Notes under the pieces: model-generated | What the model saw: only the letters and a program-made list of their open reading frames with translations | Database searches by the model: none | Told to the model about the DNA's origin: nothing | Made by a program: the position numbers and the translations under genes | DNA from: an uncultured Oscillospiraceae bacterium | Lineage (GTDB): Bacteria > Bacillota > Clostridia > Oscillospirales > Oscillospiraceae | NCBI GenBank assembly: GCA_947624065.1 | Contig: CANQIO010000001.1 | Coordinates: forward strand, 7,659 to 71,658 | Length of the DNA stretch: 64,000 nucleotides | Reading direction: 5' to 3' | Shown: piece after piece, positions 56,310 through 64,000 of the stretch | Layout of the letters: each line of letters opens with the position of its first letter | Position numbering within the stretch: the stretch's first letter is position 1

Positions 56310-56338
56310 ATATTATCACAGAATAGGGCCGCTGTCAA
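56310..56338 (-). promoter_or_regulatory. Strong sigma-A-type promoter for the tRNA-Ser pair (-35 TTGACA, 17 nt, -10 TAATAT)
   Basis: The reverse complement reads TTGACA-gcggccctattctgtga-TAATAT, ending 12 nt before the mature tRNA 5' end. Confidence 0.55.
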
Positions 56339-56427
56339 TTCCAATCTCCCGAAATTTTCCGGCGGGACTAGGAACCGGGGCAAAAGTATGGTATGATGGC
56401 TTTACGTACTTCCCGGAGGAACAAGAA

Positions 56428-58038
56428 ATGATCACTGTTGAAAATCTCTCCCTGCAATATGGCAGCCAGGTGCTGTTCTCCAACGTGGACCTGCAGTTTA
56501 CCGCCGGCAACTGCTATGGCATCATCGGCGCCAACGGCGCGGGCAAATCCACCTTTTTGAAGCTCCTGTCCGGCCAGGAGGAGCCCACCAAGGGCCACGT
56601 CACCATCGATCCCAAGCGGCGCATGAGCGTGCTGCGCCAGGACCAAAACATGTTCGACGACCACGCCGTGCGCGAGACCGTCATCATGGGCAACAAGCGG
56701 CTATACAACTGCGGCAGGGAAAAGGACGCCATATACGACAAGCCGGACTTCTCCGACGCCGACGGCCTCCGGGCCGCGGAGCTGGAGGAGGAATATGCCG
56801 AGCTGGGCGGCTGGGAGGCCGACTCTGACGCCAGTCGGCTCCTCCAGGGCCTTGGCATCCCCGTGGCGCTGCACGATAAGCAGATGAGCGAGCTGGAGGG
56901 CCGGCAGAAGGTCAAGGTCCTGCTGGCGCAGGCCCTGTTCGGCCACCCGGACATCATATTGCTGGACGAGCCCACCAACAACCTGGACCTGGCCTCCACC
57001 GTGTGGCTGGAGGACTTCCTCATGGACTACGAGGGCACCGTGCTGGTGGTCAGCCACGACCGGTACTTCCTCAACAACATCTGCACCCACATCGTGGACA
57101 TCGACTACGGCAAGATCCGCATGTATGTGGGCAACTATGACTTCTGGTATGAGTCCAGCCAGCTGATGCAGAAGCTCACCAAGGACCAGAACAAGAAGGC
57201 CGAGCAGAAGATCCAAGAGCTGCAGACCTTCATCGCCCGCTTCTCCGCCAACAAGTCCAAGTCCCGTCAGGCCACCAGCCGCCGGAAGCTGCTGGAAAAG
57301 ATCACCGTGGAGCAGATGCCCGCCTCCTCCCGGCGCTATCCCTGGGTGGGCTTCAAGGCCGAGCGGGAGCCCGGCAAGGATAGGCTTTTCGTCACCAACG
57401 TCTCCAAGACCGTGGACGGGGCCAAGCTCATCAACAACGTCTCCTTCATCATGGGCAAGGAGGACAAGATCGCCGTCATCGGCTCCAACGAGAACGCCAT
57501 CACCTGCCTGTTCCAGCTGCTGGCCGGGGAGCTGGAGCCGGACGAGGGCGAGATCAAATGGGGCGTTTCCACCACCCAGGCCTACTTCCCCCACGATTTC
57601 GGCCGCTATTTCGACGGCTGCGAGCTGGAGCTGATGGATTGGATGCGGCAGTTCTCCGTGGACAAGCGGGAGAGCTATCTGCGCACGTTCCTGGGTCGGA
57701 TGCTCTTCTCCGGCGACGACGTCTACAAGCACGTGAACGTGCTGTCCGGCGGTGAGCGGGTGCGCTGCATGATCTCCAAGATGATGCTGGCCGGCGCCAA
57801 CGTGCTGATGTTCGACCAGCCCACCAACCACCTGGACCTGGAGAGCATCGCCGCGCTGAACAACGGCATGTCCGCCTTCCCCTACAACATCCTTTTTTAC
57901 AGCCACGACCACCAGCTGACCCAGACCGTGGCCAACCGGATCATCGAGCTGACGGACGACGGCTGCATCGACCGGGCCTGTACTTATGACGAGTATATGC
58001 ACATGATGGGCCGGGACCAGAACGAGATCGAGGAATGA
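56428..58038 (+). CDS. ABC-F family ATPase (YbiT-like) with a degenerate second nucleotide-binding domain
   Basis: Collinear with my memory of E. coli YbiT. NBD1 has GIIGANGAGKST and ILLDEPTNNLD. The linker has FIARFSANKSKSRQATSRRK. NBD2 has IGSNENAITC in place of the Walker A and MFDQPTNHLD in place of DEPT. Confidence 0.92.
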   Translation: MITVENLSLQYGSQVLFSNVDLQFTAGNCYGIIGANGAGKSTFLKLLSGQEEPTKGHVTIDPKRRMSVLRQDQNMFDDHAVRETVIMGNKRLYNCGREKDAIYDKPDFSDADGLRAAELEEEYAELGGWEADSDASRLLQGLGIPVALHDKQMSELEGRQKVKVLLAQALFGHPDIILLDEPTNNLDLASTVWLEDFLMDYEGTVLVVSHDRYFLNNICTHIVDIDYGKIRMYVGNYDFWYESSQLMQKLTKDQNKKAEQKIQELQTFIARFSANKSKSRQATSRRKLLEKITVEQMPASSRRYPWVGFKAEREPGKDRLFVTNVSKTVDGAKLINNVSFIMGKEDKIAVIGSNENAITCLFQLLAGELEPDEGEIKWGVSTTQAYFPHDFGRYFDGCELELMDWMRQFSVDKRESYLRTFLGRMLFSGDDVYKHVNVLSGGERVRCMISKMMLAGANVLMFDQPTNHLDLESIAALNNGMSAFPYNILFYSHDHQLTQTVANRIIELTDDGCIDRACTYDEYMHMMGRDQNEIEE

Positions 58039-58039
58039 A

Positions 58040-58067
58040 AAGCGCGCCGGGTCTGCCCGACGCGCTT
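58040..58067 (+). terminator. Hairpin after the ABC-F gene
   Basis: AAGCGCG-C-CGGG-tctg-CCCG-A-CGCGCTT, followed by ATTTAT (weak U-tract). Confidence 0.5.
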
Positions 58068-58069
58068 AT

Positions 58070-58345
58070 TTATGCGCTCTCGCAGGGGATCATGCGGCCG
58101 GTGTTGTCCGTGTCGTAATCCCCCTGGAGCAGCAGCTGCGAGACCGGCACGATCTCATATCCCTCCGACAGCAGATACTCGATGATGGACGGCAGCGCCT
58201 CGGGCGTATGCAGAGCCGCGTTATGAAACAGCACGATGCTCCCCGCCCCCACCTTCGCGGTCACCCGCTTATAGATCTCGTCGGCGCTCAGTTCCTTCCA
58301 GTCCAGTGAATCACCGTCCCGGACAGCGGAAAGCGGCCATACGGC
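58070..58345 (-). pseudogene. 3' remnant of a polysaccharide deacetylase (NodB/CE4) gene; N-terminal catalytic motifs missing
   Basis: Only the C-terminal part is present: DSLDWKELSADEIYKRVTAKVGAGSIVLFHNAALHTPEALPSIIEYLLSEGYEIVPVSQLL. The TFDDG and HxxxH motifs are absent. The upstream part of the track ORF runs through a terminator hairpin. Confidence 0.6.
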
Positions 58346-58367
58346 GCGCCTTTGACATATAACGATA

Positions 58368-58390
58368 CGCCCCTGGCAATGCCAGGGGCG
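58368..58390 (-). terminator. Hairpin after the surface-protein gene
   Basis: CGCCCCTGGC-aat-GCCAGGGGCG, 26 nt downstream of the stop at 58416. The minus-strand tail is TATCGTTATATG. Confidence 0.5.
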
Positions 58391-58415
58391 CATCCGCGTA
58401 TTCAAGGCGTTTCCT

Positions 58416-59654
58416 TTACCGGCTCTTCCTGCGGCGGCTGGCCAGCAGGATCAGCCCGGCGCCGGACAGAGCCAGCAGCGCGACCCAGGTCAGGACCGCC
58501 GTCTCGTCCCCTGTATTGGGGACGACGGACTGCTGCTTGGCGGCACCGCCGGCAGGAGCCGGCGTAGCGGTCACGGGCGCGGGGGTGTTGCTGTCGTCCG
58601 CGGCTCTGCTGTCACCGCCGTCAGGGCCGTCGGGGATCGCCTCGCCGTTGCTGTCGGCGTTGGTATAGGGCACCAGCCTGTCGATGGCCTCCTGCAAGAG
58701 GGTCAGGGCCGCGGACCAGTCGGCTTCGTCGGCAGAGGGGTCCGCAAGGACGGCGTCCGCGTTGGCGATGGCGTCCTGCAGGGCACGGTAGCTGTCCTGG
58801 GTATACGCCGCGGCGGAGAGGCCCTTGGCGCTCGCCAGCGTCTCGCTGAGAGCGGCTCTGCCAATGGGCACCAGGCCCCGGATGGCCGCCCGCAGCTGGC
58901 TCAGCGCCGCCTCCAATTCCTGCTGCGAGGCGTCACTGCGGTCCAGCAGCTGCGTGGCCTGCTCCACCGCCGTTAGCAGCGCGCCCCAGCTGTCCTGGGT
59001 ATAGCGCGTGTCGCTGGCGCCATAGCGCGCCGCGGCGGAATCCAGCTCCGCCTGCAGCATGGCCCTGGCATCCTCCCGGTCATCGGTATCCTCCCAGCCA
59101 CCGGTATCCTCCCGGTCATTGGTATGATCCGGCGTGGTGACCGGAGAGGGCTCGCCGGTATCCTCCTCTTCGGGCGGCTGGCTGGGCTCGGGCTCCTGGC
59201 TCACGGCCTCGGTCAGCACCTGAGAGGCCATGCGGGTCCCGCGTACGAACTGCAGCGAATCCTCTACCGGCGTCACGCGCACGCCCTCGCCGGTGACCGT
59301 GCCCAGCACCAGGGCGGTCTCGCCCTCCGCCAGCAGCGGCTCGGACCCGGCGATGAAGATCCGCAGCGTCCCGTCCCCATGGCTGCAGTACTTGAGTCTG
59401 TCGCCCAGGCTCTCGCTGAACTGGAATCCGGCCACACCTTCCTCCACCTTCAGCTCCAGTTGCAGGGACGCCAGCTTCTCCTCCGCCAGGTGTCCGGAGA
59501 TGAGGGTGACAGTGCCGTCCTCAGAGATATCGATGATATCTGTGCTCTTGTCGATGGCCTCGGAGGCCTGTGCCTGTGGAGCCCACAGGCACAGCGCCAG
59601 GATCATTGCCAGAGCGGCCGCGATCCAAAGGGATCGTTCCATTCGTCTCGTCAT
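58416..59654 (-). CDS. Probable sortase-anchored cell-wall surface protein: signal peptide, cohesin-like domain, acidic linker, two FIVAR-like repeats, VPNTG sorting signal
   Basis: SP ...LWAPQAQA/SE. A cohesin-like stretch LQLELKVEEGVAGFQFSESL...LRIFIAG. FIVAR-like YTQDSWGALLTAVEQATQLL and YTQDSYRALQDAIANADAVL. The C-terminus is VVPNTGDETAVLTWVALLALSGAGLILLASRRRKSR. Confidence 0.85.
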   Translation of the reverse strand: MTRRMERSLWIAAALAMILALCLWAPQAQASEAIDKSTDIIDISEDGTVTLISGHLAEEKLASLQLELKVEEGVAGFQFSESLGDRLKYCSHGDGTLRIFIAGSEPLLAEGETALVLGTVTGEGVRVTPVEDSLQFVRGTRMASQVLTEAVSQEPEPSQPPEEEDTGEPSPVTTPDHTNDREDTGGWEDTDDREDARAMLQAELDSAAARYGASDTRYTQDSWGALLTAVEQATQLLDRSDASQQELEAALSQLRAAIRGLVPIGRAALSETLASAKGLSAAAYTQDSYRALQDAIANADAVLADPSADEADWSAALTLLQEAIDRLVPYTNADSNGEAIPDGPDGGDSRAADDSNTPAPVTATPAPAGGAAKQQSVVPNTGDETAVLTWVALLALSGAGLILLASRRRKSR

Positions 59655-59674
59655 GTTCTGCTCCTTCCTCCCGT

Positions 59675-62600
59675 TCAGCCTACGCCGCCGGCGCCGGTCA
59701 GACTGATCTTTCCGGGCTCAGCGGGCACATCCACGAACAGGGTGTCGCTCACCAGGCGTTTGCCCTCGTTGGTCATGGCGTCGTTCACGCGGTACAGTTC
59801 CACGCGCACCTTGCTGGGCAGCGTGTAGCCGACCAGGTCCTCCGGCTGCAGCCAGTAGACCCACGCGCCCGAGGCTACATCCTGGATCTTGCCGGTGTCG
59901 GGCAGCGCCGCCAGGATGGCCTGATAGGCGCTCTTGGTGCCGTCGGCGCTGGGCGCGGCGACGATCTCACCGTCCTGATCATAGAGCACGACCACGTTAT
60001 AAGCCGCGTTGCCGCTGTAAGTGCCGGTGAACACCAGGGACCCGGCCGGGATCACATCCGTGGGCTCCTTGCCGTAGTGGAAGTCGGCCTCCAGATAGCC
60101 GATGGAGGCGCCGCCATCCGCAGAGGAAATGTCCACGTTGTCGCCGGTAGGTCCGAGCACGTCCAGCTCAGCCACCGAGATGGTCTGGCCCAGCTGGCCG
60201 GTCAGCCGCAGATAGATGGCCTCCGCCGCGTAGGTGCTCACATACAGGCCGTCTGTATTGGAGAAATACACCGTGTCATTGCCGGTGAGGGTGCCCTCCG
60301 CCGCGTGGACCCACTGTCCGTTCTGGAGCACATCCATGCTATAGCCGGTGATGGGCGTATCGGAGCCGGCCGTGTAGCGGAAGCCGGCGACCACCTGGAT
60401 CTGGCGGAAGTCCACCATGATCCCGGCGCCCTCCCCGACCACGGCGGTGTAGACCGTGTCAGCCTTGCCGTCGGCCATGCGCAGGGCCACGTCCTCTTCC
60501 TCGCCCTCGGGCATCCACTCGTCGCCGTCCTTCGCCACGGCCGTGGCCTCCAGGCCCTGGGTGGTGACGGCCCAATAGGTCTTGTCCAGGTCGCCCTCGT
60601 GCTGGATCTTCAGGGTGTTGGTCCGCATGACCGCGGAGCGGTTCAGGTACTGGTCCACCAGTGTGACCTCGTAGTAGACGGCCCGGTTGTTCATGGCCGC
60701 CACCACATCGGTGAAGTTGGAGGAGGTGGTGAAGCCCACGGTCTTTTTCTCCACCTTGCCGCTGGAGACGGTGCAGCGGACGATCTCATAGCCCAGGATC
60801 TCCTCATCGCTCACCGTGCCGTTGGACGTGAGCGTGAGCAGGACATGGTTGGCCTGGCCCTGGACCGCCGCGGTGGCGGAGGCGATGGCCTCCGTCGTGC
60901 CGTCCGCCGCCAGTTTGCCGGTGCCGCCCCTCTCCAGGGTATAGCGCCGGGAGTCGTCGCACACATAGTAAATGGCGCGGGTCTCCTTCTCGAACTGGGA
61001 GGCATAGGCGATGGTGTCCGCGTCGGGGGTCTTGCCCCAGCGCTCGAAGAACCCCAGGATGTTCCTGTTCGCCGCCGCGCAGCACAGCCGCATCAGCGTC
61101 TGCTCCATGTCCGCGCCCGCCAGAGAAAGCCCGTGGGGGGCTCTGGACGGGGTACGGGCGTAGGTGTCCACCCGGGCCCAGAACAGGTTATTCAGCTGCT
61201 CCCCGTAATCGCTGTAGGTCTTGAAGTTCCAGCCCTTGTCATAGGCCAGATGCAGCTGCCAGTACATGCCCAGCTGGGTGAACACGTTCCCGGCGCGGCC
61301 CTTGGTGCCGCTGGTGACTTTCTCGTACACCTTCGGGTACTCAAAGCGGACGCTGTCGTTGGTGTCATGCGCCTGGGCCAGCACGGCGAAATAGTTGTTG
61401 GTGATCTCCGCGATGGCATAGCTGCCCTGGTTGATGTCGTGGCCGATCTCATGGGCGATGCCCCAGCCAAAGTAATTGCCGCTCTGGTACAGGCCATTGC
61501 CGTCCGCGGTCACGCCGCCGCAGCCGGCCATGCCGGCCGTCTCGTTCCAGCCGATGCCGATGTGGTCGCCGGAGGCGTACATGAACGCGCCGGAGAACAT
61601 CCGCTGGTAGCGGATATTCAGGTGCCGCTTGGGGATCTGGTCCACCGAGTTGGGGGCGCTGGCGTTCAGGCCCTTGTGCTGGTAGAACAGGTCCATCATC
61701 TGCTCCATGGCGTCCAGAGACCCCAGCAGTGTCTGGGCGTTTCCGCCGCAGCCGGCCAGGATCTGCTGTGCCGGCAGGGACAGCATCATGGTGTCCAGCA
61801 TGATATCGCTGGCGCCCAGGATGCAGGTGCGCGCGTCATACGCGTACTGGACCTCCTTGCTGGCGCTCTCGCCCTGATGGACCGCAGTGTGGGTCTGCTC
61901 AAGGGAGGCGGCGTAGCTCTGCAGCTCTGTCAGATACGCCGTCACGCGCTCCAGACGGGTGGCCTGATCGGTCACATGATACAGATCCAGCACGGGAACG
62001 GGCGTGCCGCCGCTGACGCGCACGGCATAGACGTCGTCTGCCCTGGCGCCGCCGGTGTACTGCACATACAGCGCGCCGCCGGACTCCATGCCGGTGTTGG
62101 TCCAGATCTTCGGGATGCGGACCTCGTTGGCGCCAACCTTCAATGTGGTCAGAACCTTGCTCATGGCGCTGGACTCGGCGTAATACTGGGTCGCCACCAG
62201 CTGCAGGTTCGTCGCCGCGCCCGTTTTCTGGTTCGCGCTGCCCACATAGACGGTGACGCTCTCCCCCGCCGCGGCCGTCACGCCCAGCGGCTGCCAGGCG
62301 TTCAGACCGCCAAAGCCATGCTCGTCCCCGCTGGCGGTGATGCCGCCGTGGACACGGGTGACAGAGCCGGCGAACTGGTCATGATAGATCTGCCAGGCGG
62401 TCTCCCACTCCCTGAGCAGCTGCGCCTTGTCCGGGTTGGGCTCGCCGAATTCATCGGCGGACGCCTCGATGCGCGCCTTCAGGTCGTTGAGCTGCTGCTC
62501 CGTGACGCCCTCCACAAGGGTGGTGTGCAGATCGTCCGCGTACAGGGCCCGCAGCTCCCCCTTCAGGGGATCATACCGGTAGAAGTACACCTCGGAAACG

Positions 62601-64000
62601 TTGACCGAGGGATTGCCGGCCCAGTAGCGGGCCGTGCCGATCTGGATCTGGTTCGTCGACACGGGATAGGGCAGCCGCAAGAAGAAGTAGGTCTTGCTCT
62701 GGCTGTCGGTGCGCCGCTCGGAGCTCATCTGGTCATAGCTGATGAGGTGGCTGCCGCCGTCGGCGTCGAACCAGCGGATCTTGATGTAGGTGTAGTCCAT
62801 ATTGCTGTCCACCGCCGACATCATGCCAATGGTGTCGAGGGTGTACACGCCGTCAAAGACATAGCTGAGCCCGCGTTCGCCGCCCGGCTCCCAGTTGTAG
62901 CCGCCGTCGTCCCAGCTCATGCGCTCATAGTAGGAAGCGGGATCATTGTCCACGGTGCCCCAGGCGGTGCCGTCCGCCGTATCCAGAGGGCTGGCGTGCA
63001 TGGTGCCCTTCATCTGAGAGGCTGCCAGGATGTGGTCGCGGCCGGGCCGGCCGGTGCTGTCCCGGTTGATCAGGTTGAACCGGGGCATCTCGGCGGGCAG
63101 CAGCGTGACCGTCTGGGCGCTGGCATGCATGGAGGGCTCGCTGTCGCCGAACTCGTTCTTGCCCACCACATAGACCTCGTAGGTGGTTGCCTGGGAGCTG
63201 TCCAGTCCCGTGATCGTGTAGCTGGTGGCCGTCAGGTCGGGGATCTTGGTGAAGGAGCCCTCGCCCTCCCGCTTGTAGAACAGGTCATACCCGGAGGTGT
63301 CCTTCATATTCTTCCAGCTGACGGTTACGGACTCATAGCCGCCCACTGCCTTCACATTGTCCGGCTTGTCCGGCCGGCCGGTGGGCTTCGGCATGACGGA
63401 GACAGATTCCGACCAGCCGCTGGTCCAGGTGCCGTTCACGGACTGCACCTGCACGGTATAGGTCGTGTAGTTGAGAAGCTCGTCGCCGCCATAGCCGGTC
63501 ACGGTCAGGCTGGTGCCGGTGACGGGGGTGATCTCCGGCTCATGGACGCCGTCGCTGACCATCACCTGGTAGCCGGTGACATTGACGCAGGGCAGCCAGG
63601 AAACGGTGAACTGCCGGCTGGCGCCCACGGCCGTCACATTCGCGGGGACGTCCATCTTCGGCTCAGGGATGCGGTCCGCCATGCCGTTGACGAATTCCAC
63701 CTGGCTGATGGACGCCAGATCGGCGGCGTCAGTGGTGCTGGTGATCCGCAGGGTCACCTTTTTCACCGCCTTCTGGCCGCCCAGGTCCACGACGATGTTG
63801 CCGCTGCCGTCCCGGGTCACGTTGACAGTGGGAACGGCGGCGATCATGGCAATCATGTCGGTGCCGCCGCTGATGACGCCGCGAAAGGTCGAGCCGTCCT
63901 CCAGGATGATGTCGATCTCGCCGCTGTCGATGTTGGTCTGCTCCAGCATGATCACGTCGGTGGTCGCACCGGAGGCCAGGTTGAGATACACCTCCACCGG
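59675..64000 (-). CDS. Very large secreted multidomain protein with an M60-like (enhancin-type) zinc metallopeptidase domain, FN3 repeats and discoidin/CBM-like domains; N-terminus lies beyond the window end
   Basis: GWGIAHEIGHDINQGSYAIAEITNNYF (HEXXH at 61439-61453 plus a downstream Glu) is the M60-like signature. Two FN3-like units (VTAVGASRQFTVSWLP..., VKAVGGYESVTVSWKN...YDLFYK). The frame is open to 64000. Confidence 0.88.
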   Translation of the reverse strand, partial: PVEVYLNLASGATTDVIMLEQTNIDSGEIDIILEDGSTFRGVISGGTDMIAMIAAVPTVNVTRDGSGNIVVDLGGQKAVKKVTLRITSTTDAADLASISQVEFVNGMADRIPEPKMDVPANVTAVGASRQFTVSWLPCVNVTGYQVMVSDGVHEPEITPVTGTSLTVTGYGGDELLNYTTYTVQVQSVNGTWTSGWSESVSVMPKPTGRPDKPDNVKAVGGYESVTVSWKNMKDTSGYDLFYKREGEGSFTKIPDLTATSYTITGLDSSQATTYEVYVVGKNEFGDSEPSMHASAQTVTLLPAEMPRFNLINRDSTGRPGRDHILAASQMKGTMHASPLDTADGTAWGTVDNDPASYYERMSWDDGGYNWEPGGERGLSYVFDGVYTLDTIGMMSAVDSNMDYTYIKIRWFDADGGSHLISYDQMSSERRTDSQSKTYFFLRLPYPVSTNQIQIGTARYWAGNPSVNVSEVYFYRYDPLKGELRALYADDLHTTLVEGVTEQQLNDLKARIEASADEFGEPNPDKAQLLREWETAWQIYHDQFAGSVTRVHGGITASGDEHGFGGLNAWQPLGVTAAAGESVTVYVGSANQKTGAATNLQLVATQYYAESSAMSKVLTTLKVGANEVRIPKIWTNTGMESGGALYVQYTGGARADDVYAVRVSGGTPVPVLDLYHVTDQATRLERVTAYLTELQSYAASLEQTHTAVHQGESASKEVQYAYDARTCILGASDIMLDTMMLSLPAQQILAGCGGNAQTLLGSLDAMEQMMDLFYQHKGLNASAPNSVDQIPKRHLNIRYQRMFSGAFMYASGDHIGIGWNETAGMAGCGGVTADGNGLYQSGNYFGWGIAHEIGHDINQGSYAIAEITNNYFAVLAQAHDTNDSVRFEYPKVYEKVTSGTKGRAGNVFTQLGMYWQLHLAYDKGWNFKTYSDYGEQLNNLFWARVDTYARTPSRAPHGLSLAGADMEQTLMRLCCAAANRNILGFFERWGKTPDADTIAYASQFEKETRAIYYVCDDSRRYTLERGGTGKLAADGTTEAIASATAAVQGQANHVLLTLTSNGTVSDEEILGYEIVRCTVSSGKVEKKTVGFTTSSNFTDVVAAMNNRAVYYEVTLVDQYLNRSAVMRTNTLKIQHEGDLDKTYWAVTTQGLEATAVAKDGDEWMPEGEEEDVALRMADGKADTVYTAVVGEGAGIMVDFRQIQVVAGFRYTAGSDTPITGYSMDVLQNGQWVHAAEGTLTGNDTVYFSNTDGLYVSTYAAEAIYLRLTGQLGQTISVAELDVLGPTGDNVDISSADGGASIGYLEADFHYGKEPTDVIPAGSLVFTGTYSGNAAYNVVVLYDQDGEIVAAPSADGTKSAYQAILAALPDTGKIQDVASGAWVYWLQPEDLVGYTLPSKVRVELYRVNDAMTNEGKRLVSDTLFVDVPAEPGKISLTGAGGVG

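Noticed and set aside
56040-56340. The tandem tRNA-Ser genes as an integration hotspot with a flanking island
   Set aside because: I saw no partial tRNA 3'-end duplication, no integrase and no compositional shift on either side. The flanks are ordinary host-like genes.
58070-58405. The 111-aa ORF as an intact small gene
   Set aside because: Its first 20 or so codons read through the terminator hairpin of the upstream gene. Only the C-terminal CE4 homology is real, so it is called a remnant.
59068-59125. A short DNA tandem repeat (ATCCTCCCGGTCAT / GGTATCCTCCC units)
   Set aside because: It lies inside the coding sequence of the surface protein and simply encodes the acidic low-complexity linker (DREDTGGWEDTDDRED). 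It is not an independent element.
59675-60100. A dockerin module at the C-terminus of the M60-like protein
   Set aside because: There is no duplicated Ca-binding DxNxDGxxxxxD-type repeat. The C-terminus looks like a beta-sandwich domain ending ...KISLTGAGGVG.

Overview
The window looks like chromosomal DNA from a high-GC (roughly 60-65%) Gram-positive anaerobe. My guess is a gut Clostridia/Oscillospiraceae-type organism, based only on protein 'flavour' and SD-type RBSs. I saw no rRNA, CRISPR array, transposase, integrase or phage genes.

Content, left to right:
- 1-17.5 kb, housekeeping: partial sensor kinase, macrodomain hydrolase, gdhA, XRE regulator, glpK, alpha/beta hydrolase, then a tightly packed minus-strand array uvrA / small membrane protein / recD2 / comFC / mreB-like, then a Dus-family tRNA-dihydrouridine synthase (dus) and two poorly characterised genes.
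- 17.7-45.1 kb, a large carbohydrate super-cluster. It has two GH31 alpha-xylosidase-type enzymes, GH42, GH95, GH43, two esterase-type hydrolases, an LplABC-type ABC importer with a YesL protein, a LacI repressor, and a 967-aa GH94-like phosphorylase. It ends with a FucI-like isomerase / DUF4867-like / xylulokinase cassette. No enzyme has a signal peptide. I read this as a cytoplasmic xyloglucan-oligosaccharide saccharification system (inference).
- 37.8-39.9 kb: this cluster is interrupted by a roughly 2-kb low-GC islet. It carries an ANT(3'')/(9)-family nucleotidyltransferase, an XRE-GyrI-like regulator, a truncated C39-peptidase gene and two identical 27-bp hairpin repeats.
- 45.2-56 kb: dapF, a HAD hydrolase, a GH112 (galacto-/lacto-N-biose-type) phosphorylase operon with its own ABC importer and AraC regulator, an S51 peptidase and a GH13 enzyme.
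- 56-64 kb: two tRNA-Ser genes, a YbiT-like ABC-F ATPase with a naturally degenerate second ATP site, a truncated polysaccharide-deacetylase remnant, a cohesin-like/FIVAR protein with a probable sortase anchor, and a partial giant M60-like metallopeptidase.

Best candidates for something under-described:
- the GH94-like phosphorylase-led operon
- the FucI-like/DUF4867/FGGY cassette with an attenuator-like leader
- the hairpin-bounded low-GC cassettes
- the degenerate ABC-F

I did not recognise a phage-defence or otherwise exotic system. All family calls come from reading motifs by eye, with no searches run. Many long ORFs in the track are antisense artefacts of high GC and were rejected.
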